Shown here piece by piece: positions 1 through 9,506 of a DNA stretch of 64,000 nucleotides (the first letter of the stretch is position 1; each line of letters starts with the position of its first letter). This DNA comes from Kiritimatiellia bacterium (GTDB lineage Bacteria; Verrucomicrobiota; Kiritimatiellia; JAQICX01). Location of the stretch: contig JAQICX010000242.1 of NCBI GenBank assembly GCA_027858345.1, forward strand, positions 2,787-66,786. The letters are read 5' to 3'. The notes under the pieces were generated by a model. It was not told the DNA's origin. It saw nothing but the letters and a program-made list of their open reading frames with translations, and made no database searches. Both the position numbers and the translations under genes were made by a program.

Positions 1-19
1 TAGATTTTTATTTGGCGGA

Positions 20-230
20 CGGGTCTTTTCGACAAGCAGGACACAGACGGCAAGGTAGCACAACCTTCAAGGTTGTAAGCGGTTTTGACACTTGCAACGA
101 AGATCGTTGCGTTACCCTGTAGCTACGCAGGACACCGTCGTAGTCTTAGAACGGCGACAGTGTCCTGCATAGCTGTGAGCGAAGCATGGACGCAGTCGAA
201 CAAAATAAAACAGATGCCCCACAAAATATT
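20..230. repeat. GC-rich composite palindromic repeat element with GTAG/CTACAG and gtcctgcatagc modules, downstream of the rSAM operon
   Basis: Contains ccctgtagctacgcaggacac and cagtgtcctgcatagctgtgagcgaagcatgg. Homologous blocks recur at 28745-28830 and 58590-58640. Confidence 0.5.
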
Positions 231-288
231 ACGAAGAACCATTTTAATTATTAATTTGTAATTCGTAATTGATTAGCTTGCTTGCAAG

Positions 289-1476
289 CTATCCGTAGGC
301 TCCAAGCCCTAAGAATGCACGTTTTTTTGCTGTTTTGTACATTAAGCTTTTCTCAGGTATTGGTTTTTCAATTGAACTGTGTGATGGATTTTGGGGTAAT
401 TTAGAAAGTTCATCATAAAAGGTGTCTCTTCCTGATGAATCCATACCACCAAGTTCTTTCGATATTTCAGCTAATAGCTGTGGGTTTTCCAGAAGTATGC
501 ATCCATCAGTTTCCTTGAGTGTGGCATCTCGGAGCTCTTTCATAAAAACAGATTGTTCGACAATATTAGCTGTGTCACCTTCTTTTAATGTGTCAACAAA
601 TAGTTGGACAGGTGGGCAGAACTCAAGTTGTCCAAAAGAGTTGACATGATGACTTAAACCTACATTTGCAGGGCATAGAGGTTGTCCTTTGTGATTCCAA
701 TATGAATCTATTATAAGAATTGGAGCTTTCAGCCTTATGTTTACAATAAATTCTCTAAGATTTGTGATCTGTTCCTTAGATAATGCTTTCTCTGGAGAGG
801 GTATTGGTCCGACTGGGCGGTATATATAGTACCACATGTAGTGAACTTTTTTTAAAATAAGAAAATCTATAAATTTCTTATTGACCAGTTCATCATAGTT
901 ACTATTGCAAATGCTCGAAGCAACACCTGTGAATAGTCCTAGTCCAGTGCAGTTTTCTATTCCTTGGATTGCTGTGTTGAAAACATTGTCTCCACCGCGT
1001 CTTTCGTCACTCTCTTCTTCAAGACCTTCAAGACTTATTAAAGGTGTGACGTTGCCGACTGATTTGAGTTTTTGTGCTATATCTTTGGTAAGTAATGTTC
1101 CATTGGTGAACAGTTGAAAATAACAATCAGGATGAGACTCAAATATCTTAAAAAGATCTGGATGTAATAGCGGCTCTCCTCCAAGTATGCCAAAGAAAAA
1201 ACGCCCTCGTTTTTTTGCATCAGTTATAATCTTGTTTATTTGTTCAATGGGCATGTCATTTGGTGGAGAAGGACTGACCCAGCAACCTTTACAATGAAGG
1301 TTGCATCTGTTTGTTATGGATATGAATAAAAAAGCAGGGAAGTAGAACTCTTTTTGTCTCTCTTTTTGAAAACGCTTAATGGTTTTTGCACTTTTCAGAC
1401 AAAAGTTTTTAAACATAATTTTTCGTAGTTTAGGGTCTACTTCTTTTATAATTCTGGTTGTTAGTTTAAATATCAT
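289..1476 (-). CDS. radical SAM enzyme (CxxxCxxC cluster; GGEPLL motif; C-terminal auxiliary-cluster-like region with sparse Cys)
   Basis: Translated ORF has NRCNLHCKGCWVS (C-x3-C-x2-C) and GILGGEPLL, typical of SPASM/twitch-type rSAM. It overlaps the upstream ferredoxin gene by 11 nt. Confidence 0.7.
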   Translation of the reverse strand: MIFKLTTRIIKEVDPKLRKIMFKNFCLKSAKTIKRFQKERQKEFYFPAFLFISITNRCNLHCKGCWVSPSPPNDMPIEQINKIITDAKKRGRFFFGILGGEPLLHPDLFKIFESHPDCYFQLFTNGTLLTKDIAQKLKSVGNVTPLISLEGLEEESDERRGGDNVFNTAIQGIENCTGLGLFTGVASSICNSNYDELVNKKFIDFLILKKVHYMWYYIYRPVGPIPSPEKALSKEQITNLREFIVNIRLKAPILIIDSYWNHKGQPLCPANVGLSHHVNSFGQLEFCPPVQLFVDTLKEGDTANIVEQSVFMKELRDATLKETDGCILLENPQLLAEISKELGGMDSSGRDTFYDELSKLPQNPSHSSIEKPIPEKSLMYKTAKKRAFLGLGAYG

Positions 1477-2128
1477 CTTTGAATATCTTATTTATGTTAC
1501 GGTTAGCAAAAGCCTTGTATATGTCACCATCAAAGATATTGTCAGGTTCAATCGGTTCAGCTGAACCATTGATTGAAGGTTCCGGATGTTTTGGGAAGAC
1601 AATAGCACCTTGTGGACATAGTCTTGCACATGCGGGACAGTTATCTTTGCACGCCGAAGGATTTGTTATACAAATTTCGCCTTTTTCGTTTTTTGAGTAT
1701 ACTTTGAATATGCAGAATTCATAGCACTGTCCACAGTTTGTGCATAAACTTCGTTCTATGAAGGGATTCCATGAATCAGAAGCAGATACTATCTCTTTTG
1801 TGGCATCACCTTGATCAAGGCTGTCAATATATTTTAGAAGTTCTTCTTCTGTTTCAGTGTTCACACCTTTTATATTAATTGATTTTTCAACATTAATATA
1901 GTCAAGTATTGCTTTGATTGCTTTTTCTGAGCAAGCAATAATGCATTCTGAATTTTCAAGTAGAGATTTGCATACTGAAGTATTCGTCACAGCAATGTCA
2001 CAAAAATCTTCCAGTTCAACGATGTGAACGTTTCTGGTCTGCAGTTTGTCAAGAATAGAGTTTATGACAGATTGCTCTGTTCTACCTCTATTCCTGCAAG
2101 TACATAAAATTATTTTACTTTTACACAT
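1466..2128 (-). CDS. iron-sulfur protein with C-terminal 2x[4Fe-4S] ferredoxin domain
   Basis: Motifs CTNCGQCYEFC and CKDNCPACARLCP. The N-terminal Cys-rich domain has unknown function. The gene overlaps both neighbours, suggesting translational coupling. Confidence 0.6.
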   Translation of the reverse strand: MCKSKIILCTCRNRGRTEQSVINSILDKLQTRNVHIVELEDFCDIAVTNTSVCKSLLENSECIIACSEKAIKAILDYINVEKSINIKGVNTETEEELLKYIDSLDQGDATKEIVSASDSWNPFIERSLCTNCGQCYEFCIFKVYSKNEKGEICITNPSACKDNCPACARLCPQGAIVFPKHPEPSINGSAEPIEPDNIFDGDIYKAFANRNINKIFKDDI

Positions 2129-3294
2129 TTAAACTGACCGTTGCTACCTCTTATGTATAACTTGCCATTTGACAGGGATGGTGCTGTCCAGTATTTGCCT
2201 CCACCTTCTATGACTTTTTTAGAACCAAGTTTGTTCATTGTGTTCTTGCTGACATCATAATACGATAGGGTTCCTTTTTCATCAATAGAAACAATTGTTT
2301 CGCCGGCAAGTATGATGCTGCAGAAGTTTGAATTTTCATCTTTCCATACGACTTCACCAGTTTCCGCGGATATTGCCTCCAATTTTCCTCTTCCTGTATT
2401 TCCGTCTGAACCATATATTAGTCCATTGTAATAGATTGGTGATGGAAAGTGAGATCGCATGTTTTTGTTTTGCCAAAGAGGTTTTAGTTCTGTTCCGTTA
2501 AACTCCAGCAATATGCAATTACCACTGTAACCGTATGAAAGAAAAATGTTTTTGCCATCATTGAATACAACAGGGTTAGCGGCATTAACATTCAATTTGG
2601 CTTTCCAATCATAGTTTGCAACCAGCTTTCCTGTCTTCGCTTCTTTAATGTTCAATGTTTCACCGAGGAATGCCACATAGTCTTTGCCCATATATGTGAA
2701 CACGACAGGTGTTGAATATGACGATGTGCCAGGAATTTCGCCCCATAAAATTTTTCCGGTTTTTGCATCAAATGCCATACCGCTTCCACCTGTCTGAACA
2801 AAAAGCATGTTACCATAAATAATAACAGAGCTTGATAGTCCCCACCCTAAACCTTTGATGCCTTTGTCTTTTAGATTGTTTTCCCAGACCAGTTTTCCGT
2901 CCTTCAAATTTACACAGACCAACCTTCCTGATCTACTGAAAGAATATACGGTTTTCCCATCCGTAACAGGTGTTGCCCTTATTCCCTTGTAGTCCTTGCC
3001 GGGTGATTCTGCATATTTGTACTCCCATATAACAGAGCCATCAGATTCTTTTAAGCAGTATATGGTATCGTTTGTTCCATCGTTGCCTGAAGCTAAAACA
3101 AGACCATTATATATCGATGCACCAGAATAGCCTTGCCCTATATTTTTTTCCCATAGGCCTGTAGCTGATTCAATTTTGCCGACTTCTTCCTTGGTGATAC
3201 CGGTGCTGTCTTCACCTCTCCAATATTGCCAGTTACTTGCAAAACCTAATGTGATAATTGCAAGAAATGCAATAGTTGATACTGTTTTTTTCAT
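2110..3294 (-). CDS. secreted PQQ-like (BamB/YVTN-type) beta-propeller repeat protein
   Basis: N-terminal signal peptide (MKKTVSTIAFLAIITLGFA). Repeated G-x-V/L-Y-x-G-S-x-D-G and W motifs are typical of PQQ enzyme repeats. Confidence 0.65.
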   Translation of the reverse strand: MKKTVSTIAFLAIITLGFASNWQYWRGEDSTGITKEEVGKIESATGLWEKNIGQGYSGASIYNGLVLASGNDGTNDTIYCLKESDGSVIWEYKYAESPGKDYKGIRATPVTDGKTVYSFSRSGRLVCVNLKDGKLVWENNLKDKGIKGLGWGLSSSVIIYGNMLFVQTGGSGMAFDAKTGKILWGEIPGTSSYSTPVVFTYMGKDYVAFLGETLNIKEAKTGKLVANYDWKAKLNVNAANPVVFNDGKNIFLSYGYSGNCILLEFNGTELKPLWQNKNMRSHFPSPIYYNGLIYGSDGNTGRGKLEAISAETGEVVWKDENSNFCSIILAGETIVSIDEKGTLSYYDVSKNTMNKLGSKKVIEGGGKYWTAPSLSNGKLYIRGSNGQFKCVKVK

Positions 3295-3384
3295 TTTTTA
3301 CCTTTCGTTTTTACCTGGTTCTGGTCAGAGTTTTTACTCTATTCCAGCCCTATTTAGTTTTAAATCAATGAGATACAGACTATT

Positions 3385-3640
3385 TAGCCTTATCCCCACG
3401 TTTTTTCGTAGGTCACCGCCCGACGCTACAGGCGTTGCTTCCCTATTCAACCTTTTCCCGAGCCGGGGGGCGACTCGGCTACAGGACTTATTCTGCAAGC
3501 TAACCCTAGCCCGCAAAGCTCCTCCCGCTTTTAGGGGAGGTGGCGAGGAGTGACACGACCAAAGGGAAGTGAGGCTGGAGCTTGCGACAGCAATGAAACG
3601 CAGTGTAATGTCCCACCTAGACGGAGGGGTATTCCGTTCA
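3385..3640. repeat. GC-rich mosaic repeat (GTAG-REP family B unit cgcccgacgctacaggcg, ccgagccgggg...ctcggctacagg, ggaggtggcgag, gacggaggggtattc modules)
   Basis: Modules shared with 25560-25700, 26470-26590, 46660-46700 and 49265-49300. Confidence 0.5.
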
Positions 3641-3690
3641 TTGGACATTCCCCTTTTCATATTTTTTCATACAATTTTTGACAGTACCTT

Positions 3691-4470
3691 TTACCTTCCT
3701 GCTTGACATAGACCTCTTGTTGAAGATTCCAGAAACTTCAAAAAGTCTAGGGCAATTTCAGATGTGTATTCTTTTTTTATTTGTTCTTTAGCCTGTGTGA
3801 AATTTAGTCCTGAGTGATATAGCGTGTAATGCAGACTCTTGATCTCTTTACGCTCTTCAGGCGTAAATCCAGAGCGTTTAATTCCAACGGCATTCAACCC
3901 TGCAATAACATTTGGCAAACCAGTCATTGTCATTGAATAGGGGGGCACGTCCTTGGTTACAACAGACATTGCTCCAAGAATGCTGTATGAACCAACTTTT
4001 ACAAACTGATGAACTCCGCTTCCACCACCAAAAAACACATTGTCTCCAACTTCGACGTAGCCTCCAAGCATTGTATTGTTGGCAAGTATGACATTATTGC
4101 CTACTTTGCAGTTGTGTGCAACGTGTGATACTGCCATGAACATGCAATTGTTACCAATTACAGTTGATGTTTCCTCTTTCGTTCCACGGTGAATAGTCAC
4201 GCCTTCACGCATTGTACAATTGTCACCAATTATAACATATGATCGGTTATTGTTGAAATCATGGTCTTGTGGTAAGTCACCAATTACACTGTTTGCATGA
4301 AATGTGCAATTCTCGCCTATTGTTGTGTGACCCAATATTGTGACTCTTGGTCCAATAACTGTTCCTGCACCAATTCTCGAATCTTTCTCAATATATGAAA
4401 AAGCACCTATCTTGACATCTGGAGCAATTATGACTCCATCTTCAATTATCGCAGTTTCGTGTATCATCAA
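3691..4470 (-). CDS. lpxA: acyl-ACP--UDP-N-acetylglucosamine O-acyltransferase
   Basis: 259 aa with hexapeptide repeats throughout and the conserved LpxA C-terminal helical domain (GLN..G..R.GF...E...I...Y). Confidence 0.8.
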   Translation of the reverse strand: MMIHETAIIEDGVIIAPDVKIGAFSYIEKDSRIGAGTVIGPRVTILGHTTIGENCTFHANSVIGDLPQDHDFNNNRSYVIIGDNCTMREGVTIHRGTKEETSTVIGNNCMFMAVSHVAHNCKVGNNVILANNTMLGGYVEVGDNVFFGGGSGVHQFVKVGSYSILGAMSVVTKDVPPYSMTMTGLPNVIAGLNAVGIKRSGFTPEERKEIKSLHYTLYHSGLNFTQAKEQIKKEYTSEIALDFLKFLESSTRGLCQAGR

Positions 4471-5444
4471 TAACTTCTCTTTCTAAATTTAATTGGTGTT
4501 GTACCTGTTGTTTGTTTAAATTGTCGTATAAAGTAACTTTGATCTGAAAATCCCAAGTCGTAAGCAATATCTGTACAAGATAAGTCAGTCTCTAAAAGCA
4601 GTTCTTTTGCCTTTGATATTCTAATCGACTTTATATGTTGCTGTATTGTAAGCCCTGTATGTTCTTTCACCAAATGGGAGACTCTAAATGTGCTAAGTTT
4701 AACCTCTTTTGAAATATCTTGCAAGGAAATTGAACCACTAAAGTTCTTTGAAATATAATTTAGTATCCTTTCTACTTTCTTATTTGCTTTGTTCGAACTT
4801 TTATTATGTATATAATCAATAAGCTCATCTAGTGAGTCTCTCAATGCCGGCCACAAATTTTCCGGCTGATCTCCTGCAACAATAATATTATTTATCCAGT
4901 GCAGGTGCTTTTCCATCAGAGGTTCCAGGACAGGATTGTCCTCTACCGCACAGCGTACGAGATAACCTAACATTTCAATTGCTCGCGCCTGCAGCAATGA
5001 ACCTTTAGGGTTATAGATAAACATATCGGCAAGAATATTGTTGAAGAGCTCTCTAGCTCTTGTTTTGTTTCCTACTCTTATGAATGAAAAAAGCAATTTT
5101 TCTTCCTGGAAAGAATAAAATGATTTAGCAATAACCTTCTTTTTATGAATTTTTTCTGCAATTGAACGTTGTTGGTTTGCATTGGCAAGGTTTGTATCTA
5201 GTATTCCTGACTTCCAACCACTGATGTCATAAAACAGTTCAAATAGGTGCTGTGCGGCACCAGTAGCAATGCTGATGTCATAATATTTCAGAGAATCAAA
5301 ATATTTAGCAGCCTGATTACGTAAAATACCACATGAGGCTAAATGGTTGATGCTCTCATCACGATAATATGTTTCTTGGTTATATATGATTTCACCACCA
5401 GATAAAGCACCTTTTATCTCATTGTCTTTTACAAGTGGAATCAA
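4467..5444 (-). CDS. AraC-family transcriptional regulator
   Basis: C-terminal double HTH (ISLQDISKEVKLSTFRVSHLVKEHTG...IAYDLGFSDQSYFIRQFKQTTGTTP). The stop overlaps the lpxA start (ATGA). Confidence 0.75.
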   Translation of the reverse strand: MIPLVKDNEIKGALSGGEIIYNQETYYRDESINHLASCGILRNQAAKYFDSLKYYDISIATGAAQHLFELFYDISGWKSGILDTNLANANQQRSIAEKIHKKKVIAKSFYSFQEEKLLFSFIRVGNKTRARELFNNILADMFIYNPKGSLLQARAIEMLGYLVRCAVEDNPVLEPLMEKHLHWINNIIVAGDQPENLWPALRDSLDELIDYIHNKSSNKANKKVERILNYISKNFSGSISLQDISKEVKLSTFRVSHLVKEHTGLTIQQHIKSIRISKAKELLLETDLSCTDIAYDLGFSDQSYFIRQFKQTTGTTPIKFRKRSY

Positions 5445-5452
5445 CCAGCTAA

Positions 5453-5695
5453 TTATACCTGGGGCAATAAAAAAACATTTGGCTCACCCCAACGAACACT
5501 TTCTTTTATGGCGTTGAACCGTGCATCTTTGATTGCTGGATGATTTTCGATGGACGAATGTGGCTCAGGGTAAATGACTGCTCCTGATGGATCCAGAAAC
5601 TTTATTTCAAGATTATAGCGCTTCTTGTAATAAGAATTCACCTGTTTAAACATTCTGTCAGATATTATCATCATATACCCTCTTATGATTTGCAA
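5453..5695 (-). CDS. hypothetical protein (80 aa)
   Basis: ORF only; no recognisable motif. Overlaps the yggU-like gene by 13 nt. Confidence 0.3.
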   Translation of the reverse strand: MQIIRGYMMIISDRMFKQVNSYYKKRYNLEIKFLDPSGAVIYPEPHSSIENHPAIKDARFNAIKESVRWGEPNVFLLPQV

Positions 5696-5976
5696 AAAAT
5701 GCTCTCAACCCATTTTGTATCAAAGAAGTCCTTCAAAAGAACATGTTTGTCGCGAGATGTTTGTCCGCTGACAATCTCGCACTTAACCTTTTTTGACTTT
5801 AAAGATGTGTTTAAAAATTTAATTAATTCTTTATTTGCTTTTCCGTCTACAGGTGGTGCCTTTAATCTCAACTTCAAACTATCTCCGTGCATGCCTGATA
5901 TATGTGTTTTAGCTGCGTTTGGAGAAACATGCAGCTTTAAAATGATTCCACGTTTTGTTAACATATAGAAACTCAT
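5683..5976 (-). CDS. DUF167 family protein (YggU-like)
   Basis: LKL.V.PNA.K..I.G..GD.LK..L.APPVDGKAN.ELI.FL...L matches the YggU/DUF167 signature. Confidence 0.65.
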   Translation of the reverse strand: MSFYMLTKRGIILKLHVSPNAAKTHISGMHGDSLKLRLKAPPVDGKANKELIKFLNTSLKSKKVKCEIVSGQTSRDKHVLLKDFFDTKWVESIFCKS

Positions 5977-5981
5977 CTTAA

Positions 5982-6842
5982 CTACCCTAACATATGCATA
6001 AAACTACTTAACAACAAGTTAGCAAGTAATCTATGTAAAATTTGTAGACCAAATATAAAGAGTAGAGGTGTTAAGTCGAAAGGACCAATTTGCAGATGTA
6101 CATTTTTTAATGGACCCATTATGAAATATAACCAACTTCGACTAAAGGCTGCCAAGTTTGGTGAACCTGTAAACAATGAAATCCAGGAAAAAATAATTAA
6201 GACAATACAAAAATTATATAGCATACTCAAAACACCAATCAGCTCATATAGTGTTGATATCAGCATTAAAACAACATTAAACCCTACTTTGTTTTGCATA
6301 TATCCATTTGCACTTTCATATAATGGACTAATAAAATTCATTACAACTAATAATACAAACACAAAAACAAATAAAACAATAGGTCGAGTGTTTCTTGTTA
6401 GGAAACTAAATGGTTTTGCAAGTATGAAAAACACAGTCTCTTCTGATGTGCACTTTTCTTCGGTATCATGGACATAAAGCGTTGCTAAAGCAAAGAATGG
6501 TATCAGAAACTTTATAAACACAACAAAACTAAAAGCAACTGCAATTGGAATGCTGTTAACACTTAGGTTCCACTCTAAAAAGCCGATTGATACCCCTCCA
6601 TGAAAAAGTGGTTTCAAGAAAGCACGAAGTACTAATAACAAAAACATTGCAATTAGTGCTGTATACTTCATGGACAGCTGTCCTGTCAGTGGGCGTAAGT
6701 AGTTGAGGGCTTTAGAGGTGTAACCCATTATGGAGCTTAGGTAGGGATTAAAAAAAATCTTTCTATCTTTGCTGCTCCAGAAATATATCCAAAAAAGCAT
6801 TACCAAAACATTAAAAATTATATTCCATCTATTTAGCATCAA
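5982..6842 (-). CDS. integral membrane protein (multi-TM; possibly YggT-context family)
   Basis: Very hydrophobic 286-aa ORF sitting upstream of the yggU-like gene. Family not confirmed. Confidence 0.45.
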   Translation of the reverse strand: MMLNRWNIIFNVLVMLFWIYFWSSKDRKIFFNPYLSSIMGYTSKALNYLRPLTGQLSMKYTALIAMFLLLVLRAFLKPLFHGGVSIGFLEWNLSVNSIPIAVAFSFVVFIKFLIPFFALATLYVHDTEEKCTSEETVFFILAKPFSFLTRNTRPIVLFVFVFVLLVVMNFISPLYESANGYMQNKVGFNVVLMLISTLYELIGVLSMLYNFCIVLIIFSWISLFTGSPNLAAFSRSWLYFIMGPLKNVHLQIGPFDLTPLLFIFGLQILHRLLANLLLSSFMHMLG

Positions 6843-6927
6843 ATCATTCCTATATTATTGTTAAATCTCAATTATAACAACATGCAGCATTTTTTAAAAG
6901 ACAAAAAAGTTCACCTTCTTTTTTAAC

Positions 6928-7058
6928 CGTAATTTTTCGGTTGGCTACAGCTATGACAACGAGGATCCCGCTCTGCGGGATCGCTCCCAGCATGCAACCA
7001 ACCGTTGTCTTGGAAAAACGGGAGAGATCCCGCAGGGCGGGATCCCCATTGTCATAAG
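6928..7058. repeat. MITE-like element fragment with TTTTTCGGTTG terminus and gatcccgctctgcgggatc palindrome
   Basis: Left end aatttttcggttgg. Internal palindromes gatcccgctctgcgggatc and gatcccgcagggcgggatc. Same module at 31865-31895. Confidence 0.5.
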
Positions 7059-7286
7059 AAATTATTTTTTAACTTTATCACCAAAAACAGCAAAAACTCA
7101 AAGCAAAATCCCTGATTTTATTGACTAAAATCCATGCTTATATTCTCAACCAGAAAAATAGGGTTAAAAAGTTGATTTGGTTCGCACCTGACCATTAATC
7201 ATGATTCGCTTTTAAACATTTTTTCATCTTCATCGCATATGTTACATCACGATTTGCTTCCTTGTTTTGTCTTTTCCAGAAAGCTA

Positions 7287-8492
7287 CTAGTTAGATGAAC
7301 CAAGTTCTTCTATCAAATCAATGATAATGCAGTTGCGTTCGTACTCCATATTAATATTTTGTATGGCACTTTTGAGAAGTTGTTCCCGAATAATCATCTG
7401 GTCACGAAGCTTATCCAGTGGCAAACCATCAAACTGCTTCAGGTCAGATTGCAGTTGCTCCAGTAAGGGGGTAGTGAGACGCTGGTGCTTTTCGATTTGT
7501 TTCGTAAATTTTTCTAATGCAGCAAGCAGGCTTTGAATATGTTCTTTGATGATTCGCCTTTGCAATGCCATTTCTGATTCTGTTAGAGTTTGCTGTTTTC
7601 GATAAACGGCGAGATCCGGGTTGCGGTTTCCCCAGGGAAGCGTAAAGGCAGCTGAAATATTCCAGCTATCCTCTCCGTTGCCTGTTTGGTCAATTTTATA
7701 TTCAGGCTGAATGTATTTGAAGTGGAAGCCGCCTTTTGATCGAGCAATTTTGGTGGCTTCCTTTAGAGATTGAGCTTCCACATCAAGTTGGCGATAATCG
7801 GCTCGATTTTCCAGCGCGTCCTGTATCAAAGAGTCGAGTTCGAGGCGAGTTGGTTGTTCAATAATTGCTTTCTTAGCCAGGTCATTAAGGTCGGCTGAAG
7901 CTCCAAAAATCTGATGCAGCTGAGTCTGTATTGCAAGATGTTTTACTTCAATTTTTTCAAGGGAGTTCAGAAGGTCTAAATATTGCCCATAAAGTTTGGC
8001 TCGGTCTATGGTTGCGAGTTGGTGTTGTTGCACGCTGATGTCAGCCTGTTTCAGGTAGGGGGCAAGAATATCGGCTTCTGCGTTCAATAGAGCAATCTGT
8101 TTGTTGAGCATTCGGTAGGTACAGAAGGTGCGATAGACCTCAATTAGTTCCTTCCACTCTAATGTCGCAACTCGTAGCTCTTCTGATTGGCCAACGAGGT
8201 TGAGTTGATTGCGCAATGCCCCCCGTGTCCAACGATTTGGGAAATAAAACCGCAATGCTAGTTCGCTCTCGTTTTCACTGTAGCTGGGGCGAAACTCCAT
8301 GCTGTAATCAGTATCACTGCTTGCTTTTACGGCGGCCTGCTTGACAGCTGTTGACTCTTCTAAAAGGGTGCGTTCTGTCAGTGGCTGCAAAGCCTCCGAC
8401 AAATCATCCGTCCAAACATTTAAAACTGCCAGAAAAAGACTGGACAATGATATGAAAATTATTTTGTTTTTCATTTTAGTTTTCCTAACCAC
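7287..8492 (-). CDS. TolC-like outer membrane efflux protein (OMF)
   Basis: Signal peptide and long coiled-coil/helical repeats at a size typical of the OEP family. Overlaps the upstream HlyD gene. Confidence 0.5.
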   Translation of the reverse strand: MVRKTKMKNKIIFISLSSLFLAVLNVWTDDLSEALQPLTERTLLEESTAVKQAAVKASSDTDYSMEFRPSYSENESELALRFYFPNRWTRGALRNQLNLVGQSEELRVATLEWKELIEVYRTFCTYRMLNKQIALLNAEADILAPYLKQADISVQQHQLATIDRAKLYGQYLDLLNSLEKIEVKHLAIQTQLHQIFGASADLNDLAKKAIIEQPTRLELDSLIQDALENRADYRQLDVEAQSLKEATKIARSKGGFHFKYIQPEYKIDQTGNGEDSWNISAAFTLPWGNRNPDLAVYRKQQTLTESEMALQRRIIKEHIQSLLAALEKFTKQIEKHQRLTTPLLEQLQSDLKQFDGLPLDKLRDQMIIREQLLKSAIQNINMEYERNCIIIDLIEELGSSN

Positions 8493-9490
8493 TGATCGAT
8501 GATTGAGACATTTGGAACCATAATGACTCTCTCCCCGGGGGGTAATTCTACGCCGTCATCGAGTTCAATCACGATGCGTCGACCTCTCAAAATTTGATCA
8601 CTGAATCCGGTAAATACAGGTAGCTTGCGAATGTCAGCTGTTATGTTTTTAATTGTGCCTATGTGAACTTTGCGAGTGGTTATTGTGATAACCTGGCATT
8701 TTTCGCCCTCGTCAATTACAGTTCGTTGCTTTTCCGGCATGAAGGCTATGATTGTTGAGGTTGATATATTACTGATACGTAACACAGGCTCACCTGTTTT
8801 AATGACATCTCCCGGTTGATGTAATATTTCTGCTACTATTCCGGAGGTGATAGCTTTCAACTGGCACTGTTCTTTGAGCAGTTGTTTCAAGTTGTCAGAG
8901 TTGAATGTTTCGATATTTGTCTGTGCGGATGCAAGTCGCTTTTCAAGGCTGGCAGTGAGTGCCGGATAGAGAGTTAACATTTTTTTTGTGGTTTGGATTT
9001 GTGGACGTAAGTCTTCACTATTTTGTTCGAGCAGCAAGTTTTTCTCCATAAGGTTTTGAGTTCGTTGCCATCTGCTTTCCAAAATCTGTAGTTCTGAGGC
9101 AGTTTGGGCCTCTTCCAGTTTTAGTTTCTCAAGGTCGTATTGTATTGAGTAAATTTTATCCCGTGTTTTCATGAGGGAGGCCTGATCCATTAACATGTCT
9201 GTGGATTTGGAAGCGTTGTCGAGTTCACCGAGTAACTGTCCGGCATGAACTTGCTCGCCCATGTCGACCATCAAAACTTTTAGTCGACCATTCTCCAACG
9301 GAGAAACATATTCATAAGTTCGTTCGGCAACTCCATGGAACTGAACTCGATTCAAACCACCAGGAAGCAATAAAACAACTGCAAGCGCGACACTTAACCA
9401 TATAATCCAAGGCCAACCTCTAAACAGCATTTTCAACAGGTGGTGACGACCATGACGAAGGGGACGTCGTTTGAATTTCTTGTCTATCAT
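8471..9490 (-). CDS. HlyD-family membrane fusion protein (periplasmic adaptor)
   Basis: N-terminal TM anchor, biotinyl/lipoyl-like hairpin (LKVLMVDMGEQVHAGQLLGELD), long coiled coil and a C-terminal beta-barrel region. Confidence 0.7.
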   Translation of the reverse strand: MIDKKFKRRPLRHGRHHLLKMLFRGWPWIIWLSVALAVVLLLPGGLNRVQFHGVAERTYEYVSPLENGRLKVLMVDMGEQVHAGQLLGELDNASKSTDMLMDQASLMKTRDKIYSIQYDLEKLKLEEAQTASELQILESRWQRTQNLMEKNLLLEQNSEDLRPQIQTTKKMLTLYPALTASLEKRLASAQTNIETFNSDNLKQLLKEQCQLKAITSGIVAEILHQPGDVIKTGEPVLRISNISTSTIIAFMPEKQRTVIDEGEKCQVITITTRKVHIGTIKNITADIRKLPVFTGFSDQILRGRRIVIELDDGVELPPGERVIMVPNVSIIDQWLGKLK

Positions 9491-9506
9491 AATAATAAAG
9501 CTCCTG

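Noticed and set aside
5982-6842. Calling the 286-aa membrane protein YggT
   Set aside because: It is assigned only from adjacency to the YggU/DUF167 gene. The size is about twice that of typical YggT, and I could not recognise a family motif.
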